A stretch of 31,843 nt of DNA from Nitrososphaeraceae archaeon (GTDB taxonomy: Archaea; Thermoproteota; Nitrososphaeria; Nitrososphaerales; Nitrososphaeraceae), in assembly GCA_029240435.1 (NCBI GenBank), contig JAREAI010000001.1, forward strand, positions 1 through 31,843. The letters run 5' to 3'. The notes under the pieces were generated by a model. That model worked only from the letters and a program-made list of their open reading frames with translations, made no database searches and had not been told where the DNA came from. This document shows positions 10,122-19,763 of the stretch, in pieces. The position numbers were made by a program, and so were the translations under genes. Within the stretch, counting starts at the first letter, position 1. Every line of letters begins with the position of its first letter.

Positions 10122-11411
10122 ATGTCTTCCCAACTCAGTAGCAATATCAAGATAGTATATGTTCTTCTTGATGGTGTTGGTGACCTTCCGCATCATTCCT
10201 TGAATGATTTGACACCCCTTGAGGCAGCCTATACACCTTGCATGGACTCACTTACGAGAAACGGATGTATGGGGCAAGTGATTAGTGTAGGAAAGGGAAT
10301 AGCTCCACAGTCTGATATAGCGGTATTTAATATGCTAGGCTATAGTTTCAAGGATGGCAGTTATGTTGGCAGGGGTATAATAGAATCAATTGGCTGCAAT
10401 ATAGATTTCAAAGAAGGCGACCTAGCAATGCGAGGAAACTTCGCCACAGTTGATGATAATTTACAAATTATCGACAGAAGGGCTGGAAGGATTATCAGTA
10501 AGGAAGAAGCTGCATCAATTTGCAAAACATTGACTGAAAAAATTCATTTTAGCGACATAAGTGCGTCAGTTGTCATAGAGCCAACCATTGCTCATAGAGT
10601 AACTATCCGTTTTAGACATGAGAAGATAAAGTTATCTGAAAAGATATCAAATACAGATCCGGCTTATGACAGAATTAACGGGATGGGAATAGCCAAAGCT
10701 ACAATAGCTAAACCTCATATTGGTATATCGGAACCCCAAGAAAACACAGTAGCAGCAAAAACATCAGCAAAATTGGTCAATGAATTTACAGATCTGGCTG
10801 CTAAATTACTGAGGAATCATCCCATCAATAATGCCCGTTCCAAAATAGGAAAGAAACCTATTAATGCTGTACTTGCTCGGGATTCTGGAAACAGATATCC
10901 AGACTTAGAACCAATAGATAGAAAATATGGCATCAATGTAGCATGTATTGTAGATATGCCTGTAGAAATTGGAATCTCTAAAGTCTTAGGAATGAGAGCC
11001 TTTAATGCTGGTGACGTCACCGACTATGAACAAAAAGCAATAGTCGCAGCAGAGAACCTGGAGAAGTTTAATGTTATCTATGTTCACATAAAAGGACCTG
11101 ACGAATATGGACATGATGGCGATGCAAAAGGAAAAAAGACGAATATTGAAGATATCGATAGGAGGTTCTTTTCAACACTTACAAAAAACTTAAAAGTTAA
11201 AGATTCGACCATAATTATTTCTGCCGACCACTCCACGCCATGTGTGAAAAAAGGACATAGCGACGACCCAGTTCCTCTACTGGTATCAGGAAACAAGATC
11301 AAAAGAGATAATAGTCAAAGATTTACCGAAAAATATGCGATGAAAGGCAGTATGGGATTACTTATGGGTGCTGATGTCCTTTCGACTGCAATGCGAATGA
11401 TAACCCATTGA
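10122..11411 (+). CDS. apgM: 2,3-bisphosphoglycerate-independent phosphoglycerate mutase, archaeal type
   Basis: LDGVGD, TPLEAAYTP, PQSD, KGPDEYGHDG, ADHSTP, HSDDPVP; ATG 10122 preceded by GAGGTG. Confidence 0.95.
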   Translation: MSSQLSSNIKIVYVLLDGVGDLPHHSLNDLTPLEAAYTPCMDSLTRNGCMGQVISVGKGIAPQSDIAVFNMLGYSFKDGSYVGRGIIESIGCNIDFKEGDLAMRGNFATVDDNLQIIDRRAGRIISKEEAASICKTLTEKIHFSDISASVVIEPTIAHRVTIRFRHEKIKLSEKISNTDPAYDRINGMGIAKATIAKPHIGISEPQENTVAAKTSAKLVNEFTDLAAKLLRNHPINNARSKIGKKPINAVLARDSGNRYPDLEPIDRKYGINVACIVDMPVEIGISKVLGMRAFNAGDVTDYEQKAIVAAENLEKFNVIYVHIKGPDEYGHDGDAKGKKTNIEDIDRRFFSTLTKNLKVKDSTIIISADHSTPCVKKGHSDDPVPLLVSGNKIKRDNSQRFTEKYAMKGSMGLLMGADVLSTAMRMITH

Positions 11412-11429
11412 TAATTTTATCGGTAAATT

Positions 11430-11837
11430 TCATATGCTAGCGCCAATAAGGCTACCTTTGCATTGCTCACAAACTTGTTCGTCTATATTCGACTCTATGC
11501 GGTGATGGACATCACATATAATAAGTGTGTAGCGCATATAATTAAATAATTCAATTAATTTGGCCATAGTGTTAGGAGTATATGCTTTGTTCGTTGACAG
11601 ATCTCTTGCAATATCGTCAACCATGTGCATAACTTCGTGTAAAGAGCCAAGTTTAGAGATAAGTTCAACGTCACCCCTTGTCCCTCTCAAATAGTTACTT
11701 ACTGCAGCTTGAGTGATGCCTAATACATTAGCAACAACTTCTTCCTTTAAGTCATACTCTTTGATAAGTTTCTTAGCTAAAATAGCCCTGATCGCCGGGA
11801 TCAAAGATTTAGCCTCAATTTCAGAAGGTAGAAGCAT
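11430..11837 (-). CDS. archaeal HTH transcriptional regulator with C-terminal Cys/His cluster
   Basis: MLLPSEIE...IPAIRA..AK.L, HTH VANVLGITQAAVSNY, C..H...C..C tail; ORF track starts at 11861. Confidence 0.85.
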   Translation of the reverse strand: MLLPSEIEAKSLIPAIRAILAKKLIKEYDLKEEVVANVLGITQAAVSNYLRGTRGDVELISKLGSLHEVMHMVDDIARDLSTNKAYTPNTMAKLIELFNYMRYTLIICDVHHRIESNIDEQVCEQCKGSLIGASI

Positions 11838-12086
11838 TATATTAGACAGTACAAATTCCATCGAATTCTTATATAAAGCTTCTTTGCAAGCAGAATGAGT
11901 GGTATGTTTCTTTAAATAAAATAAGACATTCTACTATACCATAAAGACATGATTGTTGTTTTTAATGAATATGACGGTAGCTTCTATCTAATCAGAATCT
12001 ACAATTTGAAAGAACTTTACAACATACTGTGTAGTCTTATAGAATATAGAGGTTGGCTACACATAAGTACCACACAGCTACTAGAT

Positions 12087-12109
12087 GAAGAAGAGCGATC
12101 GTCTTCTTC
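12087..12109. promoter_or_regulatory. inverted repeat, candidate operator between the divergent HTH regulator and LLM genes
   Basis: GAAGAAGA-gcgatcg-TCTTCTTC, upstream of a TATA-like CTTAAATA near 12127. Confidence 0.4.
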
Positions 12110-12211
12110 TAAATGAACAGGACAAACTTAAATAGGTGCTAACTTTGTTTCTTATTTTAAGATGAGTAATCGATTTCCTATATTCTTTCAACTATTAACT
12201 TCCTATGGAGG

Positions 12212-13312
12212 ATGCAAAATTTTGAAATGAGAACGAAATTTGGTTTTACGCAGGGTCTGAATGTTGCCAGACTGGGGCTAGACGAAACTCAGGTTATTAC
12301 TGCTTGCCAGATAGCTGACAGGATGGATTATGATTCAATTTGGGCAATGGATCATTCAAACGTTCCACAGTGGAAAAATGCTGTTGTTAATGATGCATGG
12401 CTTATGCTTGCGGCCATTGGAGCTCTTACCCAGAACGTCGAACTTGGCACATGTGTAACAGATGCTATCAGAAGACATCCATCTTCAATTGCGCTTTCGA
12501 CTATTACTTTAGATAGAATTACAAAAGGCAGGGCTGTTCTTGGAATCGGAGCAGGAGAAGCACAGAATGTAGTGGATTTTGGAATAGAATTTAGCAAGCC
12601 AGTAACTAAATTCCAGGAACAATTAGAAGTAATAGAAAGACTTTTTGAATCTGACCCAGATAACCATGTCAATTACGATGGCATCTATTACAAATTAATT
12701 AATGCATGCCTTCAGACTAAAAGTATTCGTAAACCACGACCACCCGTATATATTGCTGCAGGAGCACCAAAGACACTTGAATTATGTGCAAAATATGGTG
12801 ATGGATGGATTCCGATAGGTTATACACCAGAATTATTCAGCTCTCATGCCAATGTGATTAAAGAACATGCAAAAAAGAACGGACGAGATCTGTCTAACTT
12901 CCAATTTGCGAATGACGTAGACATTTATTTTACAGATGACGGAGAAGAGGCTTGGAATAAGATGAAAAACGCAGTAAAAGTTAGTCTATACAAGCCAGAG
13001 TTGTTAAAAGTTCATAATATACCTCAAGACTCAGAATTTGACTTTAGAAGATACTTTACAGAATATGCCATGAATAAGCCAGAACTTATGCAACAGATGA
13101 AGAGAGCTGCATTGAAAATACCTGATAGCGTTGCAAGAACAGCAATAGGCATAGGGAAACCAGATGATGTAATAGAAATGCTTGAACGCTTCATTAAAGC
13201 CGGCACAAATCATTTTATTATTAGGTACTGGGGCGAAGGTTACTTTAAGAACATCGAAATGTTTGGTAACAAGGTTATTCCATATTTCAGAGACCAGGAA
13301 AAAACTAATTAA
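12212..13312 (+). CDS. LLM-class (luciferase-like) oxidoreductase, probably F420-dependent
   Basis: DSIWAMDH, ELGTCVT..RRHP, GRAVLGIGAGE, PPVYIAAGAPKTLELCAKYGDGWIP; F420 use inferred from family and from cofE in the window. Confidence 0.88.
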   Translation: MQNFEMRTKFGFTQGLNVARLGLDETQVITACQIADRMDYDSIWAMDHSNVPQWKNAVVNDAWLMLAAIGALTQNVELGTCVTDAIRRHPSSIALSTITLDRITKGRAVLGIGAGEAQNVVDFGIEFSKPVTKFQEQLEVIERLFESDPDNHVNYDGIYYKLINACLQTKSIRKPRPPVYIAAGAPKTLELCAKYGDGWIPIGYTPELFSSHANVIKEHAKKNGRDLSNFQFANDVDIYFTDDGEEAWNKMKNAVKVSLYKPELLKVHNIPQDSEFDFRRYFTEYAMNKPELMQQMKRAALKIPDSVARTAIGIGKPDDVIEMLERFIKAGTNHFIIRYWGEGYFKNIEMFGNKVIPYFRDQEKTN

Positions 13313-14374
13313 TCAAGCATTCATATAACTATCAAGAGAAATAATAGACGAACCATAATTACCTTTTTCTTCTCTTTTCATATCTTTATTTAAAAGTGGT
13401 TCAGCATCGAAACCGAGCTTTCTCAATGTCTTAGCAAAATCTATCGCGAATCCATGAAATGTGTAGATCTTTTTTGGAGTAGATTTTTTAACAACTTGGA
13501 CAAGATCCTTATAATCACAATGGTCGCTCATAGGTAAAGCATAGTCAAGTCCCATCATGAATTTGTAGTTTGTATCAACGGCCCATCCGCTAAATCCTAT
13601 TGTAATAGCCCCATATCTCTCTTTCATGCGTTTTATAAAACCGTTTCTCCCATGAAATAATGGCGTAATCATGATCCATGGCTTGTTTTTTAAAAGAAGG
13701 TTTTGGTCTTCTGCCGTTGAATGTTTCATTGTACTCTTCAACCGTACACCCAATTTGGAATAAATAGAGTTCATGTTATATACAGAATCATGTACATATA
13801 ACGGATCCCAATGGCCAAAAAGCTCCGTTAATAGTTGGGCTTTACCCAAAGGATAACCCATTAGAAGGACAGGAATTCCTTTATCATACATCCTTGAAAT
13901 GATCTTGTTGGCATTATGTACGACTTCGCGCAAATCAGGGAATACATATTGCGGTCTGCCAAAAGTTGATTCTATTATTAATGTGTGGACCTGCGGAATT
14001 AGAGCTGGTCTCATAAATGCTCTTTCTTTAATTGAGATATCTCCTGTATAATAAATCTCATCATGGTTTACTAACAATCCTCTTGAACCTAAAATATGTC
14101 CTGTGTCGATTAGCTTAAATCGGTCATCCTCTTCTTCTTGTGAATCGCTTAATCTATATCCCCGTGCTTCAGCAATCAACGAAGTTTCCCTTGATACCAG
14201 AGTCTTACTTTTTACTAAATCATGTTTGCCGCACTTTTTATGTAAATGATCAGTATGCGCGTGAGAAACAAAAGTCATATCACAGTAAGTCTGTCTATTA
14301 GGATCAAGCAATATTTTTTTACCATCGCTGTAAATAACGATACCGCATTGAGAAAAACAAATTTTAGCAGTCAA
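13313..14374 (-). CDS. MBL-fold metallo-hydrolase, beta-CASP/RNA-processing exonuclease-like
   Basis: VSHAHTDH, GHILGS, YYTGD, IIESTFG, MSDHCDY, FHG. Confidence 0.88.
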   Translation of the reverse strand: MTAKICFSQCGIVIYSDGKKILLDPNRQTYCDMTFVSHAHTDHLHKKCGKHDLVKSKTLVSRETSLIAEARGYRLSDSQEEEDDRFKLIDTGHILGSRGLLVNHDEIYYTGDISIKERAFMRPALIPQVHTLIIESTFGRPQYVFPDLREVVHNANKIISRMYDKGIPVLLMGYPLGKAQLLTELFGHWDPLYVHDSVYNMNSIYSKLGVRLKSTMKHSTAEDQNLLLKNKPWIMITPLFHGRNGFIKRMKERYGAITIGFSGWAVDTNYKFMMGLDYALPMSDHCDYKDLVQVVKKSTPKKIYTFHGFAIDFAKTLRKLGFDAEPLLNKDMKREEKGNYGSSIISLDSYMNA

Positions 14375-14509
14375 TTGGTTAGTTTTAAATTGTTGTTATA
14401 ACTTGTATTTTAACATTCTTGGGACAATATAAGATTGATATCAGGAAAATTAGTAGAGGAACGTTTTGCCTTTCTGTTAGGTATTTATCTTTAAGTATCG
14501 ACAAAAATA

Positions 14510-15133
14510 TTGTTGATAAAGCTTGGGATACTGATCTCCGGCAGAGGAAGTAATATGGCTGCGATTCTTTCTGCAATAAAATCAGGAAATATAAAAAACA
14601 TCAAGCCTGCAGTAGTAATCTCTAATAGAACTGATGCAGAAGGACTAAAAGTTGCCTCCGAAAATTTTGGAATTGCTACAGAAATTGTTCTGAGCCAAGG
14701 TTTGAAAGGATGGGATTATGACAAGAAAGTTATTTCAGTGTTAAAAAAATATGATGTAAGATCAGAGTATGGTCTCGTTTGCCTAGCAGGCTTTATGCGG
14801 CTTATTAGTGCTGAATTCATAAAAGAATATCCTATGCGAATACTAAATATCCATCCAGCATTGTTACCTTCATTTCCCGGTCTTCATGCACAGAAACAAG
14901 CAATAGAATATGGTGTCAAAGTATCAGGGTGCACTGTACATTTTGTAGATCAAGGACTCGATTCGGGACCTATTGTACTTCAGAGGGTAGTAGAAGTAAT
15001 GGACTCAGATACAGAAGAAGAACTCTCAGCAAGGATATTGAGAAAAGAACATGAATTATATCCTGAAGCAGTAAGGCTGTTTGCAGAAGACAAAATAAAA
15101 ATTATGGGTCGAAAGGTAATACTTCGAAGATAA
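14510..15133 (+). CDS. purN: phosphoribosylglycinamide formyltransferase
   Basis: ISGRGSN, LAGFMR, NIHPALLPSFPG, SGCTVHFVD..LDSGPI. Confidence 0.97.
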   Translation: MLIKLGILISGRGSNMAAILSAIKSGNIKNIKPAVVISNRTDAEGLKVASENFGIATEIVLSQGLKGWDYDKKVISVLKKYDVRSEYGLVCLAGFMRLISAEFIKEYPMRILNIHPALLPSFPGLHAQKQAIEYGVKVSGCTVHFVDQGLDSGPIVLQRVVEVMDSDTEEELSARILRKEHELYPEAVRLFAEDKIKIMGRKVILRR

Positions 15134-15235
15134 TTTAACTTCGATATGTTGAACTTTTAAAATATGAAATTTATAAAAGAAAATGTATCCATGACTAGTA
15201 ACGCAAAATAGTGTCTACTGCTTTCTCTTGATTAG

Positions 15236-16102
15236 TTGACTGGAAAAATAATTGACGGTTTAGCGGTGGCGGATGATGTTAAAAAACAGGTAAAAAAAGC
15301 AGTTGACAAATTGAAAAGTCAAGGCATTCTAGCCAGCCTTGCTACTATTCTTGTGGGAGATGATCCATCATCTGCTACATACATAAAAAATAAGCAAAAA
15401 GCTGCCGAAGAGGTAGGGATTATTACATGCGATCATAAATTGACATCGTCAGTCAGTCAGCGAGAATTAATGGACCTTGTCAATTTGTTAAACGAAGATG
15501 AAAAGATTCACGGAATTTTAGTTCAACTGCCTCTTCCTTCCAATATCGACAAATTTGCTATAACTAACACTATTAATCCCGCTAAAGATGTTGATGGACT
15601 TACACCATTCAATGCAGGTCTATTGTTAAGTGGTTCTGCCTATCTAAAACCATGTACTCCAGCGGGAATCATTCAGATGTTAGACTTTTACAATATTGAT
15701 GTATCGGGAATGGATGCCATTATAGTTAATCGTAGCAATCTCGTGGGAAAACCTCTTGCTATGCTATTGTTGGAACGAAATGCCACGGTAACAATATGTC
15801 ATTCTAAAACGAAAGATCTTAAGGGTAAATTATGGCAGGCTGATGTAGTAATTACAGCAGTTGGCAACCGGGAAATCTTTACTCTCACTTCAGATATGAT
15901 AAAACCAGGTGCCATAGTAATAGATGTTGGAATTACAAGATACGAGAGAAAAATAACGGGTGATGTAGACTTTGAAGAGGTCAGGAAAAAGGCATCCTGG
16001 ATTACTCCAGTACCAGGTGGGGTTGGACCTATGACAGTATCCATGCTATTGAAAAATACTGTTTCCGCCGCATCTAAGACAAAAGCGAGTGATAATATCT
16101 GA
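15236..16102 (+). CDS. folD: methylenetetrahydrofolate dehydrogenase/cyclohydrolase
   Basis: GILVQLPLP, KDVDG, PCTPAGI, RSNLVGKP, DVG, ITPVPGGVGPMT. Confidence 0.97.
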   Translation: MTGKIIDGLAVADDVKKQVKKAVDKLKSQGILASLATILVGDDPSSATYIKNKQKAAEEVGIITCDHKLTSSVSQRELMDLVNLLNEDEKIHGILVQLPLPSNIDKFAITNTINPAKDVDGLTPFNAGLLLSGSAYLKPCTPAGIIQMLDFYNIDVSGMDAIIVNRSNLVGKPLAMLLLERNATVTICHSKTKDLKGKLWQADVVITAVGNREIFTLTSDMIKPGAIVIDVGITRYERKITGDVDFEEVRKKASWITPVPGGVGPMTVSMLLKNTVSAASKTKASDNI

Positions 16103-16683
16103 TTTCAAAAAAATCTGAAGCTAAAAATAAAATTAGACAGTCCATCCTACAGAAACGTAATACATTATCAGAGAGAGAAATTCATGCAAGAAGTATATTA
16201 ATTCAACAACGGGTAATCAGCCTTCCAACTTTTAAATCTGCAAAGGTGATTGGAGCATATTATCCAAAAGGATCTGAGGTTAACACTCTGAATATATTAA
16301 GCAAAGTTTTAGAAGGGAAAAAGATTCTGGCATTGCCTGCAATTGTAGGAGATAAGATTTTCTTTTACAAGATATCAGATATGAAGGATTTTGGAGATCA
16401 ACCAATTTTAAATAAATTTGGAATAAAAGAACCATCACCATCCCCTGCAGAACTTATAGATGATATCGATATGATTATTGTTCCGGGCATTGCCTTTGAT
16501 AAAGATGGGTATAGGCTAGGATATGGAAGGGGTTATTACGATAGATACCTTCAAGATAAAAAATGTGTCTTCTCGCTCGGTTTAGCATTTGAAATTCAGC
16601 TATTAGATAATAATCTTCCCCGTGAGCACTTTGATCAAAAAGTTAACGCTGTGGCTACTGAAGAAAAAATTATGCTTTGCTAA
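16102..16683 (+). CDS. 5-formyltetrahydrofolate cyclo-ligase; start probably non-AUG (ATT at 16102)
   Basis: IVPGIAFDKDGYRLGYGRGYYDRYL; the frame stays open upstream of the track start (16246) through KNKIRQSILQKR to a TAA at 16093-16095 with no ATG/GTG/TTG; start position uncertain. Confidence 0.9.
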   Translation: MSKKSEAKNKIRQSILQKRNTLSEREIHARSILIQQRVISLPTFKSAKVIGAYYPKGSEVNTLNILSKVLEGKKILALPAIVGDKIFFYKISDMKDFGDQPILNKFGIKEPSPSPAELIDDIDMIIVPGIAFDKDGYRLGYGRGYYDRYLQDKKCVFSLGLAFEIQLLDNNLPREHFDQKVNAVATEEKIMLC

Positions 16684-17966
16684 TGTCTCAATGCCTTCAT
16701 TGCAATATCTTTTCTATAATATTGACTATTATCTCCCCAACTTATTTTATGAACTGCAGAATATGCATTATTTCTTGCCTGTTCAATGCCATTACCTAGT
16801 GCAGTAACTCCTAGGACTCTTCCACCATCTGTTATGATTCTATTCTGCGAATCGCGTTTTGTACCCCCATGAAATATCATGACATTTTCGCTAAAGTCGG
16901 AACTAATGCCTTGTATTATATCACCTGTATGATAATTTCCTGGATACCCCCTAGCAGCCATGATAACACATGCAGCAAACTGTTCTTTCCATTTTAACGG
17001 TGGCATTGAATCTAATTTTCCTTCATATGCTGCCTCTAAATATTCAAGTAAATCAGAATTCATTCTCATCATTATAGGCTGACATTCTGGATCTCCCATT
17101 CTCACATTGAACTCTAGTACTGAAGGCTCGTTTGATTCTTTGTCAATCATGATCCCAGCGTAGAGAAACCCTTTAAAGATATTATTTTCATTTCTCATTG
17201 CAGAGACGGTTGGTAACATTATTCTTTTGATTATTTTTTCAGTCAAATCATCGTCGATTATTATGTTAGGCGAATAGCTTCCCATTCCACCCGTATTCTC
17301 TCCTTTATCATTATCAAATATTCGTTTATGATCCTGACTAGAAGCTAATGGTAGAATTGTCTTGCCATCGCACAGAGCTATAAATGATGCTTCCTCGCCT
17401 AATAAACGCTCTTCGATGACAACGCGATTACCAGCTGCTCCAAACTTTCCTTTAGTCATAATTGTATCAATGGCTTCTATTGCTTCATTGGCATTGTCGC
17501 ATAATATTACACCCTTACCTGAGGCTAATCCATCTGCTTTTACGACTAGTTTTGAGTTCTGTTTGTTAACATAATCTTTGGCTTTATCAGTGTCTGAAAA
17601 TGTACAATAATCAGCAGTCGGAATTTTATGTTTCTTCATTAATTTTTTAGCAAAATCTTTGCTCGATTCTAATTGAGCAGCCTTTCTAGTAGGACCGAAA
17701 ATCGTTAGGCCTTCTCTTTGAAAAGAATCTACTATTCCTTCAGCAAGTGGCCCTTCGCTACCTACAATAGTAAAGCATTTGTGCTCCTTTGCAAATAATG
17801 ATAATTTGTCAAATTCCATAGGTTGTAAATCAATATTCTCATAAGTTCCACCGTTGCCAGGCGCAAAATATATTTTTCTTACGTCCGGACTTTGCGATAG
17901 TTTCCATCCAAGAGCGTGTTCTCTTCCGCCAGAACCAATAATTAAAATATTTCTTTCATCCGCCAA
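16680..17966 (-). CDS. purD: phosphoribosylamine--glycine ligase
   Basis: IIGSGGREHAL, VVKADGLASGKGV, QDHKR, NTGGMG, EFNVRMGDPE, GGRVL. Confidence 0.98.
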   Translation of the reverse strand: MADERNILIIGSGGREHALGWKLSQSPDVRKIYFAPGNGGTYENIDLQPMEFDKLSLFAKEHKCFTIVGSEGPLAEGIVDSFQREGLTIFGPTRKAAQLESSKDFAKKLMKKHKIPTADYCTFSDTDKAKDYVNKQNSKLVVKADGLASGKGVILCDNANEAIEAIDTIMTKGKFGAAGNRVVIEERLLGEEASFIALCDGKTILPLASSQDHKRIFDNDKGENTGGMGSYSPNIIIDDDLTEKIIKRIMLPTVSAMRNENNIFKGFLYAGIMIDKESNEPSVLEFNVRMGDPECQPIMMRMNSDLLEYLEAAYEGKLDSMPPLKWKEQFAACVIMAARGYPGNYHTGDIIQGISSDFSENVMIFHGGTKRDSQNRIITDGGRVLGVTALGNGIEQARNNAYSAVHKISWGDNSQYYRKDIAMKALRH

Positions 17967-18077
17967 TGAAGGAATATTAAATCATTTCAATATAATGATT
18001 ACTTGAATGGCTTGAGATAGAAAGGTTCCCTAGTTTTCTTCTAGTCCCCTTTTATTCCATATCGATAATCTTCTAAT

Positions 18078-18584
18078 ATGGACACGAATATTCCAGATCA
18101 AACAAAAAGAGGATTGGCAGCTGCAAGCGAAGAGACGAGATTAAGAGTTGCAAGAAAAGGAGGAATTGCTCCACACAACTTAAGAGGCCTTGCCGCCGCA
18201 GACTCTGAGACTAGATCGAGGGTAGCAAAGGCAGGTGGAGATGCAAGAGCTCAAGACAAAGAAGGCCTAAGACATGCCGGAAAAAAGGGAGGTGAAGCAG
18301 TAAAAGCTGAATATGGAATAGAATTTTACCATTCAATAGGAGAGAAAGGCGGAGAGTCGGTAAAGGAGAAATACGGAATAGATTTCTATCGTGAAATTGG
18401 TGAAAAAGGTGGTGGGATTGTTAAGGAGAAATATGGACCAAAATTCTACCGTGAAATAGGAAAGCGTGGTGGTGAAACTATAAAACAGTCACATGTTGCT
18501 GAATTATATAGCGCAATAGACAGGAAGGCAGATGAACCAAACGCAGAAGAAACAACTACTAATAATGATATTTCACTCGTTTAA
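18078..18584 (+). CDS. KGG/Em(LEA5)/GsiB-like repeat general stress protein
   Basis: Two GLAAA..ETR.RVA(R/K).GG repeats and about 3.5 20-aa G(E/K)KGG..VK.(E/K)YG..FY..I repeats; very hydrophilic. Confidence 0.85.
   Translation: MDTNIPDQTKRGLAAASEETRLRVARKGGIAPHNLRGLAAADSETRSRVAKAGGDARAQDKEGLRHAGKKGGEAVKAEYGIEFYHSIGEKGGESVKEKYGIDFYREIGEKGGGIVKEKYGPKFYREIGKRGGETIKQSHVAELYSAIDRKADEPNAEETTTNNDISLV
18279..18476 (+). repeat. 60-bp tandem coding repeats (units begin at 18279, 18339, 18399 and partial 18459)
   Basis: Degenerate 60-nt units each encoding G.KGG..VK..YG..FY..I. Confidence 0.85.
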
Positions 18585-18899
18585 CAATTTGTTCGCATTA
18601 TCTGATATCACTGCTTTGAAAAATCTAATATATTCTGAGTCATCAAATTCAATAGTTACAAATTTCTTCTCAAATGCAGCCTGCGTAAGACTTTTTAGAT
18701 GGTAGCAAGGCTCAGCATTAGAAAGTGCCTGAAAATAATAATTCTTGCATGAACAAAATTCTAGTTCTGGATCGAGCCAATGCTCGCTGTCCTTACCCAC
18801 TACAGTCCATAGCATCCTGCCACTAGGTTGAAACAAATGCAGTTTCACACCTCCGAAATTTACTATGTCATCAATACGTTCAGATTGAATTTTTTTCAT
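18573..18899 (-). CDS. SWIM zinc-finger protein
   Basis: CSCKNYY...PCYH (CxC-xn-CxH); ATG 18899 (MKKIQ) preferred over 18941. Confidence 0.8.
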   Translation of the reverse strand: MKKIQSERIDDIVNFGGVKLHLFQPSGRMLWTVVGKDSEHWLDPELEFCSCKNYYFQALSNAEPCYHLKSLTQAAFEKKFVTIEFDDSEYIRFFKAVISDNANKLLNE

Positions 18900-19400
18900 A
18901 TTGGTAACATAAATAAGGCTAATAATATAAAAACTTCTCATAAATATCTATAGACATATAATAAATAAAGAAACTAGAACGTTTTTTTCTGTTATGTTGA
19001 TCGTAAAAATTTAAAGCTGAAAACTTTATAGTTAGCGTTACTTATAATTCTAAAGAATTATTAGTTAATCAGAGACCTATAGTCGGGCCTTATAGAATAT
19101 TAAAAAAGTAATTTTTCGTTGGATAGATATTTAGACAGAATTTATTATGACTTTTTCTCAAATAAAAAATATTAGAAAACCCATAAGCAATTATTATATA
19201 TTTGGTCAAGGAATAGTTTTCGCACTACGAGCATTTTGAAAATATAATGCAGAATTAATAATGAGATGCTCTTTATTAATCATTAGTGTTTTGAAAGTAT
19301 AGAGCGAAGACTATAGCTTCTATCGATAATGATTCTAATTGACTTTTTGTTATTGACTATAACTGCAGAAATGAAGATGAGGATTACTATTAGTATTGCT

Positions 19401-19418
19401 ATTATTATTATTATTATT
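19401..19418. repeat. (ATT)6 microsatellite
   Basis: attattattattattatt just beyond the 3' end of the HiPIP-like pair. Confidence 0.85.
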
Positions 19419-19441
19419 TTAGGAGAAGGTAGCAGAAAGAG

Positions 19442-19759
19442 TCATGTTTTTTGTGGAACACTTCTCGTATCATGAATTTTGTCATAGTTTGGTTCATATC
19501 CGTTACAACAACCATGCGGTGCTATTACTCCAGATTTCTTTCCAGAGACATCAGGTCCTTCATGATCTACTATCATGCATTTTCCTCCAGCTGCATCTAT
19601 CCAGTATATACAGTTGTAACAAAAATATCCTTCCTCGTGATTAGAATCTTTGAATTCGTCGCGCTCCACATAAGCTGCGTTCAATTTACTCTGCTTTTGG
19701 AATTTTGTCACACTGCCAATCATATCTTTTGCTTTTTCAAATACATTCTTGTCAGACAT
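19442..19759 (-). CDS. HiPIP-like 4Fe-4S protein, paralog B
   Basis: CYNC-x10-C-x23-C with C.IV...G.I.P.G.C..Y; ATG 19759 lies 4 nt after the upstream paralog's stop. Confidence 0.7.
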   Translation of the reverse strand: MSDKNVFEKAKDMIGSVTKFQKQSKLNAAYVERDEFKDSNHEEGYFCYNCIYWIDAAGGKCMIVDHEGPDVSGKKSGVIAPHGCCNGYEPNYDKIHDTRSVPQKT

Positions 19760-19763
19760 CGAT

